This document shows, in pieces, positions 18,647 through 27,253 of a stretch of DNA of 64,000 nucleotides. The stretch lies in assembly GCA_035273665.1 (NCBI GenBank), contig DATEOW010000038.1, forward strand, positions 324 to 64,323. Reading direction: 5' to 3'. Source of the DNA: Burkholderiales bacterium (GTDB lineage: Bacteria; Pseudomonadota; Gammaproteobacteria; Burkholderiales; SG8-39). A model generated the notes under the pieces. It had not been told where the DNA came from and did no database searches. It worked only from the letters and a program-made list of their open reading frames with translations. How positions within the stretch are numbered: the first letter of the stretch is position 1; every line of letters starts with the position of its first letter. The translations under genes and the position numbers were made by a program.

Positions 18647-19389
18647 AAATCGATCCGCAGCCGGCTTTTGAAAAACGCTGGCGTCGTCGTTTCGAAGAAT
18701 ATGCGTTGCGCTTCGATGACGACGCCGGCATTGCCGGTTGGTCACCGAGCGGACTCGACGCGCGCTTGAGACATTTCGCGCAGGCGTGGTCCGGCGCTAT
18801 CAGCAATGCACAATGGCTCGATGTGGGTTGCGGCGCGGGGAGCTACACGCGCTACCTCATGGCCTCAGGCGTCAAAGTGCTTGGCTTGGATTACTCATAT
18901 CCATCCCTGAAGAAGGCGCGCGGTCGGAAGGGGGGCGAAGGCGCGACCTGGGCGGTAGGCGATGCGACAAGATTGCCTGTGGCCTCAAAAAGTTTCGACG
19001 GCGCCTTGTGTTTTGGCGTGTTGCAGGCTTTATCGCGGCCAGACGACGCGCTTCGTGAATTACATGATTGCCTCAAAGACGGAGGCGAGTTGTGGGTTGA
19101 CGCCTTGAACGCTTATTGCCTGCCTACTTTGATCCAACGTCTGCGCGCGCGCATGCGGGGCTTGCCGATGCATTTGCGATACGATTCTCCATGGCAGCTC
19201 GCACGAAGCATGCGTAACACCGGCCTGAGCGAGGTCAAGCTTCATTGGGTGCCCATCGTGCCGATGCGCTTGGCGAAATTCCAACCTCTGTTTGAAAGCG
19301 CCCCGCTGCGCGTACTCATCAAGTTCATACCTTTCTTGGGCGCGCTCATCAGTCACGCTTTTGTGCTATCGGGGCGCCGCAGGGGATGA
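18643..19389 (+). CDS. Class I SAM-dependent methyltransferase
   Basis: GTG start overlapping the upstream stop (GTGA). SAM motif WLDVGCGAGSYTRYL, and GDATRLP. Confidence 0.8.
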   Translation: MKIDPQPAFEKRWRRRFEEYALRFDDDAGIAGWSPSGLDARLRHFAQAWSGAISNAQWLDVGCGAGSYTRYLMASGVKVLGLDYSYPSLKKARGRKGGEGATWAVGDATRLPVASKSFDGALCFGVLQALSRPDDALRELHDCLKDGGELWVDALNAYCLPTLIQRLRARMRGLPMHLRYDSPWQLARSMRNTGLSEVKLHWVPIVPMRLAKFQPLFESAPLRVLIKFIPFLGALISHAFVLSGRRRG

Positions 19390-20354
19390 GCCATTTTTTG
19401 CTGAAAGGTCTGGCACGCTACACGCTGCCCGGCGGTGAAAAGAATCGGCTTGGCGTGTTGATTTATCACCGCGTGCTACGCGAGGCGGACGCATTGGTAC
19501 AAGACACCGTTGCCAACGATTTCGATTGGCAGCTGCAGACGCTGAAGCGCTGTTTCAATGTCTTGCCCCTTCCCGAAGCACTCGACCGCCTGCAGCAGGG
19601 GGAGTTGCCGCCGGGCAGCGTTGCGATCACCTTCGACGATGGCTATGCGGATAACGCGACCGTCGCCCTGCCATTGTTGAAGCGGCATGGTTTACATGCG
19701 ACTTTTTTCATCGCTTCGGGATTTCTGGATGGTGGCCGAATGTGGAACGACAGCGTCGTGTATGCGCTGCGCAACACAACGAAGTCGTCGATAGAAGTCC
19801 CCGCGCTGCAAAGCGAACCGATCTCCCTCGCTACGTTGGACGAGAAGCGCTCGGCGATCGCCAGTTTGCTGCCGAAGATCAAATATATCCCCGAACCAAG
19901 GCGGTCTGAAGTGGTGCAAGCACTGACGGAAGCGGCTGGCGCCGCCTTGCCGGATGATTTGATGATGAGTTCGGCGCAAGTTCGAGAGCTGCGCCAAGCG
20001 GGGATGGAAATCGGCGGCCACACGATTACACACCCCATTCTCGCTTTGGTACCCGAGGCCGAAGCCAGTGAGCAGATTGGGCGAGGGCGGGAAATCTTGC
20101 AAGGCATTCTAGGCGAGCCCATCAGCTTGTTTGCGTATCCCAATGGCGTGCCGAAGCGAGATTACCTGCCTGCGCATATCGCGGCGGTCAAAGCGGCCGG
20201 TTTCAAGGCCGCCTTCAGCACGGCATGGGGCGCCGCCACACGTCACCGCGACCCGTTTCAATTGCCGCGCTTCACGCCCTGGGACAAAACACCTGCGCGA
20301 TTTGCCCTGCGTTTGGCATTGAATGGGCGAAAAACAGAGGCACGTGCGGTTTAA
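19386..20354 (+). CDS. Polysaccharide deacetylase family protein (CE4)
   Basis: ATGA overlap with the upstream gene. VAITFDDGYADN and EIGGHTITHP metal/catalytic motifs. Confidence 0.85.
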   Translation: MSHFLLKGLARYTLPGGEKNRLGVLIYHRVLREADALVQDTVANDFDWQLQTLKRCFNVLPLPEALDRLQQGELPPGSVAITFDDGYADNATVALPLLKRHGLHATFFIASGFLDGGRMWNDSVVYALRNTTKSSIEVPALQSEPISLATLDEKRSAIASLLPKIKYIPEPRRSEVVQALTEAAGAALPDDLMMSSAQVRELRQAGMEIGGHTITHPILALVPEAEASEQIGRGREILQGILGEPISLFAYPNGVPKRDYLPAHIAAVKAAGFKAAFSTAWGAATRHRDPFQLPRFTPWDKTPARFALRLALNGRKTEARAV

Positions 20355-21088
20355 CCGTGCTGCGGTTGCCGCGGCACTCGCCCGCGCGAAGCATCGTCCA
20401 GCGTTGAAGCCACGAGTTCCGCAGCGGTTTTTGCGAGACGTCGCCTCAAGCTAACCGCATCGCTGCCCCGCTCTATTGTGACCGCCCTCTGATGCGCGAT
20501 GTCGCCGGTGTCGATGCCTTCATCGATCCAATGCAAGCTGACGCCGCTCTCGCTGGCGCGATCACGAAGTGCTGCGCCGATTGGATCGGCTCCCCGGTAA
20601 TTTGGCAGATACGAAGGATGCACATTCAATGTGGCAATACGCGCTATGCCGATCGCTTCACGCTTCAAAATGTGATTGAAAGTAGCGATAAGAACGATGT
20701 CGGGATCGAGCGCTTGTAAAGCTGCAATGCTTTCCGAGTCGTTGATGTCGCGTGTATAGCGGTAGGGAATGCGATGGCGATCGCAGAAGGCTTCGATTCT
20801 TAAAGGCGAATCGCTTAGGGCCTTTGCACCTGGAATCTTCGACTTCAAACGGTGGAGACGGTGGCCGAAGGCCAAGCGGGCTTCACGGACCAAGCCCTTC
20901 CATCCTTTTTGCTTAACAATGGCCGCAATCTGCTTATGTTTCGGCAAGCCGGCCAGCGGCGAGCGATGCGGCAAGGAGAGGATGGCGGCTTGAAAGTGAT
21001 GAAGAAGTTCGGGTCGATCTAAGCCAAGCGCTTCGAGCATCTCAGCGCTGAAGGGAGCGCCGGCGCAACTCAGTAGAATCACCCGCAT
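20351..21088 (-). CDS. Formyltransferase (Fmt/ArnA N-domain-like)
   Basis: LNVHPSYLPNYRGADPI matches the HxSLLPxxRG formyltransferase signature. Last gene of the - strand operon. Confidence 0.8.
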   Translation of the reverse strand: MRVILLSCAGAPFSAEMLEALGLDRPELLHHFQAAILSLPHRSPLAGLPKHKQIAAIVKQKGWKGLVREARLAFGHRLHRLKSKIPGAKALSDSPLRIEAFCDRHRIPYRYTRDINDSESIAALQALDPDIVLIATFNHILKREAIGIARIATLNVHPSYLPNYRGADPIGAALRDRASESGVSLHWIDEGIDTGDIAHQRAVTIERGSDAVSLRRRLAKTAAELVASTLDDASRGRVPRQPQHG

Positions 21089-21089
21089 A

Positions 21090-22373
21090 TCAATCGCACA
21101 ATCGGTTCAATTCGGCAGCCAATTGCACGGTTAGTTGCTCGCGGCTGTACTTGCGAACACTGGGAGACGGTTCGCGTGCTTGTCTAGGGATGTGACGTTG
21201 CGCATAGAGGTCTCTCAGCGCCGCCGCAATTCCTTCAGTATCGTCCGGCGACACCGGCGCGCCACCGCCCGTTTCAGCGAGCACTTCCTTCACGGCGCCT
21301 TCGGAAACCAAAGCAAGCATCGGTTTGCCCAGACGCAAGTACTCGTAGACTTTTGCCGGCACCTGCAAGCGCGTCCAAGCTTGCTCCGCTTCAGCACCTG
21401 CGGTCGCCATTTCACTGAGAACAGTCAGAACATCCGCGCCTGCCAAGCGTTTCAGGGCCTCGCCATAAGGAATGCGCTTCACCACGCAATCAACCTGTGT
21501 GCTTAAACCATATTGCTGCAATTCGTTCTGGAAGGCGGCTGACTGTGCCCATTCCCCACAACCCAAAAAGGTGATTTTGAGATCGTCGGCGCGGAGCCAT
21601 CCTTTGTCCAAGGCCAAACGCACACCGGCCAAAAGTGGACGCGGGTGACGATTACCGACGGATATCACGCCGGGATAAATGATATGAAACTGTGCTTCAG
21701 TGTGCGGTTCGATCTGCGCGAAGTCCGGTTCGTCATAGCCGTTGGTAATCGTGACGAACTTGGCCGCATCCACTTGCGGATAGCGCTCAAGAAAGAATCG
21801 TCGCATGGCTGGGGTGTTACAGATGACGCGATCCGCGTGACGCATAATTTTCGCTTCGAGAATGCCTTCGAGTTTGCGCCGATACCAGGGCATCGAATCC
21901 TCGACCCAAGGATCGCGAAAATCTGCAATCCAAGGCAGGCCGAAACGCTTTTTCAACCGCAAGCCTATCCAGTGTGCGGTGGGAACGGGATAGGTGGTGT
22001 ACAGCGCTTGAAAGCGACCGCTGCCTAATAGCTCGCTTCCGGCCCGCGTGCCGGAAAACAACCAGGGCCAATATCGATCCGGCACCGCCAGTGCGCTGGG
22101 ATACAGGCCGCGAAAGCCGAGCGCTTCTTTGATATCGACGGCAGCGCTGCGTCGGACTTCGACGTGCGCCGGGATTTTCGCCAGGGAAGCGGCGTCGGTG
22201 CTGTAGTAAAGATTCGGCGGCACAGTAAGCACGGTGGAGGACCAACCGTGACCATGCAGGTATTGAGTGAATTTGAGCGTGCGCAAAACACCCGTGCTGG
22301 TGTTGTCGGGCGGATAGTGAAAGGCGACGACCAGCACGCGCCTTTGTGTGCGTTCGCTATTCATCGGGCTCAA
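21090..22373 (-). CDS. Glycosyltransferase (GT-B fold, GT4-like)
   Basis: 427 aa starting RVLVVAFHYPPDNTSTGVLR. Rossmann-like halves. Overlaps the AsnB stop by 4 nt. Confidence 0.75.
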   Translation of the reverse strand: MSPMNSERTQRRVLVVAFHYPPDNTSTGVLRTLKFTQYLHGHGWSSTVLTVPPNLYYSTDAASLAKIPAHVEVRRSAAVDIKEALGFRGLYPSALAVPDRYWPWLFSGTRAGSELLGSGRFQALYTTYPVPTAHWIGLRLKKRFGLPWIADFRDPWVEDSMPWYRRKLEGILEAKIMRHADRVICNTPAMRRFFLERYPQVDAAKFVTITNGYDEPDFAQIEPHTEAQFHIIYPGVISVGNRHPRPLLAGVRLALDKGWLRADDLKITFLGCGEWAQSAAFQNELQQYGLSTQVDCVVKRIPYGEALKRLAGADVLTVLSEMATAGAEAEQAWTRLQVPAKVYEYLRLGKPMLALVSEGAVKEVLAETGGGAPVSPDDTEGIAAALRDLYAQRHIPRQAREPSPSVRKYSREQLTVQLAAELNRLCD

Positions 22374-24202
22374 AGCTCGCGGCTATCCAGCCACAAGGAC
22401 ATCATCATGAGCACCCACACAATAGTGCCGTAGTAAGCGGCATGTTCGTGCAACGCGCGGTCCGATAGAAAATCAATGAACTCCGAGCGCACGATGCCTC
22501 GCTGACGTAGACGCGCGAGACTGTCGCGCGCCATATCGTTGAGCGGGGCATGCCCTAAAAGCCAAGCGCCAACGGGCAAGCCGAAGCCGTGCTTTTCCTT
22601 GCTCAGAATCTCGTCCGGCAAGAAACCGCGCAGCGCCTCCTTGAAGAAATAGCGCAAGCGGGTCCCTCGTAACTTGAAATCCGGCGCAAGTGAGGCGGAA
22701 AGATCCACGACGCGCTCGTCGAGCATCGGAAAGCTGACGTCCACACCGGCCAGCTCGCACATACGCGTTACCTTCGGCAGGTCGTTATCCGCGAGCGTAA
22801 ATTTCAAATCGAGCGCTAACATGCGATTCAATAGCGTTTGCGCGTTGGTGTCTTCATAACGCTGCGTCAATAGTGCGAGCGGCGCGCCGCGATCCACTGC
22901 GGCGAGAAAATCTTCATTGAATACGCGTTCAGGACCCAGGCGCTCAAGAAGGTTATAACTCTCATAACGTGCCGGCATAGGAAGAGAGGCCTGCGCGACA
23001 TAGCTTCGCGCTTTTTTTGCGAGTGGGATGGCGTTCATCCCGGGGACCTGCAGCGCCCATTGAAGCAGCGATCGCAAAGCGGCAGGACTGCGCTCATAGA
23101 AAGCGAGCTTATGTTGGGTGGCGTACCGCGCATTGCCGCCGTAGAGTTCATCGCCGCCATCGCCTCCAAGAAGGCGTTCAATACCGTTTTCTCGGGCGAG
23201 GCGAGCACAGTAATAAGTCGGTACGGCAGAGGCGTTGCCGAAGGGCTGGTCGTAAGCCGATACGACGCGTGGTATTGCATCGACGACATCCTCCGGCGTT
23301 ACGTAGTATTCATGATGTTCCGCTTTGAAATGGCGCGCGGCGATACGCGCGTATTCCATTTCGTCGTATCCCGTTGCGTCGAAGCCGATGGAGTAGACCC
23401 GCGGTTTGCCGGGCGCAACCTTGGCGAGCATGCCTGTGATGGTGGAGCTGTCTGTACCGCCGCTCAGAAAGGCACCCACTGCTTCAGCACCCTGCGCCGC
23501 GTCAGCAGTCGCTTGGCGCACCGCAGTCAAAAACGCGTCGCGTTGTCCTTCAACGCTGCTCGGACGGTCTTCCACAAACTCCATGCGCCAATAAGGACGC
23601 AGGTGAATGTGCCCGTCGTTCGACTCAAGATAATGTCCGGCCGGCATGCGCAACTGCGACTTAAATGCGGTTTGCGGACCCGGCAGCATATGAAAATAAA
23701 CGTAGTTATACAAAGCCTGCGGATCGAGCTCACGACGCGATAGCGGGTGTGCACGCAAAGTGTCCAGCGTCGCACCGAAGATGAGTCCAGCAGCCGTTTC
23801 TTGATAACAAAGATTGCGCGTTCCGATGCGATCGATCGCAAGTAGGGCATGCCGCTTCTGGCTGTTCAACAACGCCAGCGAAAAGTCGCCATTGAGACTC
23901 AATAACGCGGCCGCTCCATGCTTAAGATAGGCATCGAGAAAAAGGCGGCAAACGTTTTCAATATCGGCTGTGCCGGCGCCATCTTGCAACCAGCGAGGAT
24001 GGCCCTGCATCGCGAGAATGTAACCGCTCTGCTCGTAAAGCCCAACAGTGCCGGACATGCCTCGCGCGGCAAGACCAAAGCCCGTCGCTTGCGCGCTTCG
24101 GGACATGGGCATGTCTTGCCCTGGAAGCAGGCTCGCCATCTGGGCGATGATCTGTTGAGGATTATTTTCCAGATTGCCCAACCAGCCGCAGATTCCGCTC
24201 AT
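22370..24202 (-). CDS. Asparagine synthase (glutamine-hydrolysing) family amidotransferase
   Basis: 610 aa with PP-loop FLSGGTDSSTI. The N-terminus reads MSGICGW, so the Cys is residue 5. ATG 24202 is ATGA-coupled to the upstream gene. Confidence 0.85.
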   Translation of the reverse strand: MSGICGWLGNLENNPQQIIAQMASLLPGQDMPMSRSAQATGFGLAARGMSGTVGLYEQSGYILAMQGHPRWLQDGAGTADIENVCRLFLDAYLKHGAAALLSLNGDFSLALLNSQKRHALLAIDRIGTRNLCYQETAAGLIFGATLDTLRAHPLSRRELDPQALYNYVYFHMLPGPQTAFKSQLRMPAGHYLESNDGHIHLRPYWRMEFVEDRPSSVEGQRDAFLTAVRQATADAAQGAEAVGAFLSGGTDSSTITGMLAKVAPGKPRVYSIGFDATGYDEMEYARIAARHFKAEHHEYYVTPEDVVDAIPRVVSAYDQPFGNASAVPTYYCARLARENGIERLLGGDGGDELYGGNARYATQHKLAFYERSPAALRSLLQWALQVPGMNAIPLAKKARSYVAQASLPMPARYESYNLLERLGPERVFNEDFLAAVDRGAPLALLTQRYEDTNAQTLLNRMLALDLKFTLADNDLPKVTRMCELAGVDVSFPMLDERVVDLSASLAPDFKLRGTRLRYFFKEALRGFLPDEILSKEKHGFGLPVGAWLLGHAPLNDMARDSLARLRQRGIVRSEFIDFLSDRALHEHAAYYGTIVWVLMMMSLWLDSREL

Positions 24203-25350
24203 GTTTCTTTATCTTTTTCCGTGACGTGTTCTTTATGCGCAAAGCGTGCACGCACACGACGCGCGAAGGGCTTTAATCGAAGGTCGATCAGTGCAAACCC
24301 ACGCGCACGCAAACGCGGTCCATAGGCGGTGAGCTCGTGCACTTGCTCGTCGCCCTGCGCCCACCGCTGCTTGTATGCATTATCGCCCGGCCCCATGTAA
24401 TAGCGCTGCAGACCACAGCCGAAGGACTGCACCAAAAGTTCGCGATTGAGGTAGGCACCGGGCGATATCTCCGGATAGCCTTCGACGAAATCGGCGCGGA
24501 GTGCGTGGATATTGCCTTCATAAACCAGCTGGCATTCCATGGCGATCGACTTGCCGTCCAAGGCCAACAACCACATCAGCCACCACCCGCGGTCCGCAGC
24601 CAGCTGTTGTAAACGGCGTATAAAAGCCTGCGGTCCGGCTTGATCGAGCGCATTACCGGTATGACGTTTCCAGCTATGCGCCGAGATTTCGATTACTTGC
24701 TCAAGCGCGCACTGTGCTTCCGACTGTGCACCCTTGAAGCTTTTGACTTCGGCGCGTCCCGCCTTGTTGAGTCGGTTGATGGCGAGGTTGTGCGCTTTTT
24801 TAAAACTGCGCGTTCGCGTGGCGAAGTATTGCTCCCAATCGCCCTGTAACTCGATATAAGGATTCGCTCCGGTGGCTTTACTTTCGATCGCGCAGCCATG
24901 CTTGCGGAGTTCCGCAGCCATTGGGCCGGCCCCAAGAGAGTTTTCAGGTAAATAATGAAGATTAAGGATGTCCCAATCCTTCGCCGACAATAATGCTTCG
25001 GCGAAACTGCGGCAGGCGGCGGGAACATTGCCCGGGTCGCAGATGAGATCGCAAAGCTGTGTGTCAGGCACGCTGAGAAAGCGCAGGATTCGGCACGGAA
25101 GACCGCAGCGGATTTCGGTTTCGCGAACGAGCGGAAAGATACCGACGAGTTCATCGCCGGCGTAGGCGCACAATAAATTTAGGCTGGCGTGCTGCCCGCG
25201 CCATTGCCACGCCGCATCGAACCATTCATGTGTGTGAAAAACCGAACGCCGCGGTAGTCGCCGCAACAAATCATCCCATGCAGGACGCAGGGCCGCGAAT
25301 GCGAGCGAATCACACACGCGCACAACGCGCAGCTTCCGAGCATCGTCCAT
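24199..25350 (-). CDS. CelD/BioF2-like (FemAB-related) GNAT-fold acyltransferase
   Basis: 383 aa. The pattern AHSWKRHTGNAL...GWWLMWLLALDGKSIAMECQLVYEGNIHALRADF resembles Acetyltransf_6-type proteins of EPS/cellulose loci. Assignment is from memory. Confidence 0.7.
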   Translation of the reverse strand: MDDARKLRVVRVCDSLAFAALRPAWDDLLRRLPRRSVFHTHEWFDAAWQWRGQHASLNLLCAYAGDELVGIFPLVRETEIRCGLPCRILRFLSVPDTQLCDLICDPGNVPAACRSFAEALLSAKDWDILNLHYLPENSLGAGPMAAELRKHGCAIESKATGANPYIELQGDWEQYFATRTRSFKKAHNLAINRLNKAGRAEVKSFKGAQSEAQCALEQVIEISAHSWKRHTGNALDQAGPQAFIRRLQQLAADRGWWLMWLLALDGKSIAMECQLVYEGNIHALRADFVEGYPEISPGAYLNRELLVQSFGCGLQRYYMGPGDNAYKQRWAQGDEQVHELTAYGPRLRARGFALIDLRLKPFARRVRARFAHKEHVTEKDKET

Positions 25351-25418
25351 GGGCTTTGTTTTGTTGTCGAAATGAATTTTTCGCCGCTTCCCGGCGGCGT
25401 CCCGACGATTCTATTGCC

Positions 25419-26165
25419 TTATTTGCTGTTGCGCGCGTTCGGGGGTGCGAGTGGCGCCCCTTCGATCGTAGGCGGGTTGGCGGCATTGGCATCGCTTAAA
25501 GGAGCCGGCTCCGCCTTCGCCGCTTCGCCCGCCGCGCGCGGTTTCCATGCATCCGCCTTCACCAGCTTTTGCTGCAACCCAGGCAAAGTCATGCCCAAGT
25601 CGTACGCTTTTTGCGCATGCTCGTTCGCGTTCGCGTAATCGCCCTTGGCGAAGTAGGCCAGGCCGAGGTTGTAATGCGCATTGCCGGAATTAGGCGCGAT
25701 CGACAGCGCGGTTTGATAGCTCTGTATGGCATCGGCGTATTTCCCTTGCTGATGCTGATGGATGCCCAGAATGATATGCGCGGGCGCTTGATCGGGACTC
25801 AGCTCAATCGCTCTGGAAAAATATTCTTCTGCTTTGCATTTCGGATCGCGCCAACTTTCGCAGACTTCGGCCATGAGCATCAAGGCGCGCGGATGATTGG
25901 GGAAATAGCGCAGCATGAAATCCAAATCCGCCCACGCGTATTGATATTTCCCTCTGCGCAGGGCGTCTACGCCCTTTTGGAGGTGATATTTCTCGACGTT
26001 ATGCAGGAGATTTTTCGTCGCCTTGTTTTGGCCGGCTTTGTAGTAGTCGTTCGGCGTTTGTGCCAAGCCATCGGCGGAAAAAAAGCACAGAGTGAGGGCA
26101 ACAGCCGCAAGCACGCGAACTAGCGACGACTCAGGAGAGAAAATAAAGAGTTGGTGTTTCATCAC
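25419..26165 (-). CDS. Secreted tetratricopeptide-repeat protein with Ala/Pro-rich tail
   Basis: N-terminal hydrophobic signal-like segment (VLAAVALTLCFFSADGLAQ). TPR-like repeats (AHYNLGLAYFAKGDYANANEHAQKAYDL). Confidence 0.75.
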   Translation of the reverse strand: MMKHQLFIFSPESSLVRVLAAVALTLCFFSADGLAQTPNDYYKAGQNKATKNLLHNVEKYHLQKGVDALRRGKYQYAWADLDFMLRYFPNHPRALMLMAEVCESWRDPKCKAEEYFSRAIELSPDQAPAHIILGIHQHQQGKYADAIQSYQTALSIAPNSGNAHYNLGLAYFAKGDYANANEHAQKAYDLGMTLPGLQQKLVKADAWKPRAAGEAAKAEPAPLSDANAANPPTIEGAPLAPPNARNSK

Positions 26166-26181
26166 AGCCCTTTCCGTATCT

Positions 26182-27246
26182 TTAAGGGGTCGAAGCTTGG
26201 GGTGCAGGAGCGCTTTCCCCTTGCAAACCGCGTTTCAACTTCGGCAACCCGACATAGCGTAAATGCGCCAACCGCCCGCTGAGTGAGTCGCGGAACACGC
26301 GCAAGGTATGCAGATTTTCAACACCCGTCGCCCATTTCATTTTTGCTTCGGTCTGCGGGCCGTACATGTCGAAAGTTTTGATCTGTGGCTGCGCAAAGGC
26401 CCACTTCAGCACTTGCATGCGCAGAACTTGTCCCGGCCCTTGTTTCGCCAGCGCCTCGTCATAGCCGTGTTTGATGCAGTTCAGCACGCCGCGGTATTCA
26501 GCATTCAATTCGAAGGCCGCCGCTTGTTCGCCGATGTAGAGGACGAATAGACGCAGCGCCCCGGCTTCGCTCCAATAACGGGCCATTTCCTTGTAGAAAC
26601 CGAGCGTTTGCGGCGATTGCACGATGGCGGAACCTTCTTGACCCTTCCATCCTGACGCTTCGATGGCAAGGATTTGCTCGAATATCGGTTCGATCTCGTC
26701 CCACTGCGTCAGCATCGCGCAACGTGCCTTCTGATCTTCCATCAGGCGGCGCTCGCGGCGACCCCACTCGGTTCGACTCTTACCGCGACTTTGCCAATAG
26801 TCATCCCAGCTGCCGCGACAATCGATAAAAGGGGCCGCCTCACAAAACTCGACTTGATGCAGGAGCGCGCTCGCTTGTACGGCACGCAGAAGCTGAGATT
26901 GCGCCGAAAGGTATGGAAAGCTAAGCATGGCTACGTTCATATCCCGCATGAGACGTTCAACGCTCGATGCGTCATCCAGTTTACCGAGCGCGTCGAACCG
27001 GGGCGTATGCGAATTTGCCGCCGCACGTCCGATCGCAATGGGAATCGGACCGATCGTGGCCCGTTCGCGTTGAATCGCGATGGCTGCCCGGTCGCCGCTT
27101 TGCGTGTCTTGCCATAACTGGCCGGCCGGGCCGCCGAAGTATTTCAGCCACGCAGTGAACCACTGCGGCGAAGTTGAGATAAAGTCGTCGCGCGAATTAG
27201 TCATGGAATGAAAGTCTTGCCGCACGAAGGCGGGCGTCAGGGGCAA
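26182..27246 (-). CDS. CelD/BioF2-like (FemAB-related) GNAT-fold acyltransferase, second copy
   Basis: IEASGWKGQEGSAI and ALRLFVLYIGEQAAAFELNAEYRGVLNCIKHGYDE parallel the protein at 24199-25350. Alternative start M15 at 27204 would leave room for a divergent promoter. Confidence 0.7.
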   Translation of the reverse strand: MPLTPAFVRQDFHSMTNSRDDFISTSPQWFTAWLKYFGGPAGQLWQDTQSGDRAAIAIQRERATIGPIPIAIGRAAANSHTPRFDALGKLDDASSVERLMRDMNVAMLSFPYLSAQSQLLRAVQASALLHQVEFCEAAPFIDCRGSWDDYWQSRGKSRTEWGRRERRLMEDQKARCAMLTQWDEIEPIFEQILAIEASGWKGQEGSAIVQSPQTLGFYKEMARYWSEAGALRLFVLYIGEQAAAFELNAEYRGVLNCIKHGYDEALAKQGPGQVLRMQVLKWAFAQPQIKTFDMYGPQTEAKMKWATGVENLHTLRVFRDSLSGRLAHLRYVGLPKLKRGLQGESAPAPQASTP

Positions 27247-27253
27247 AGATATT

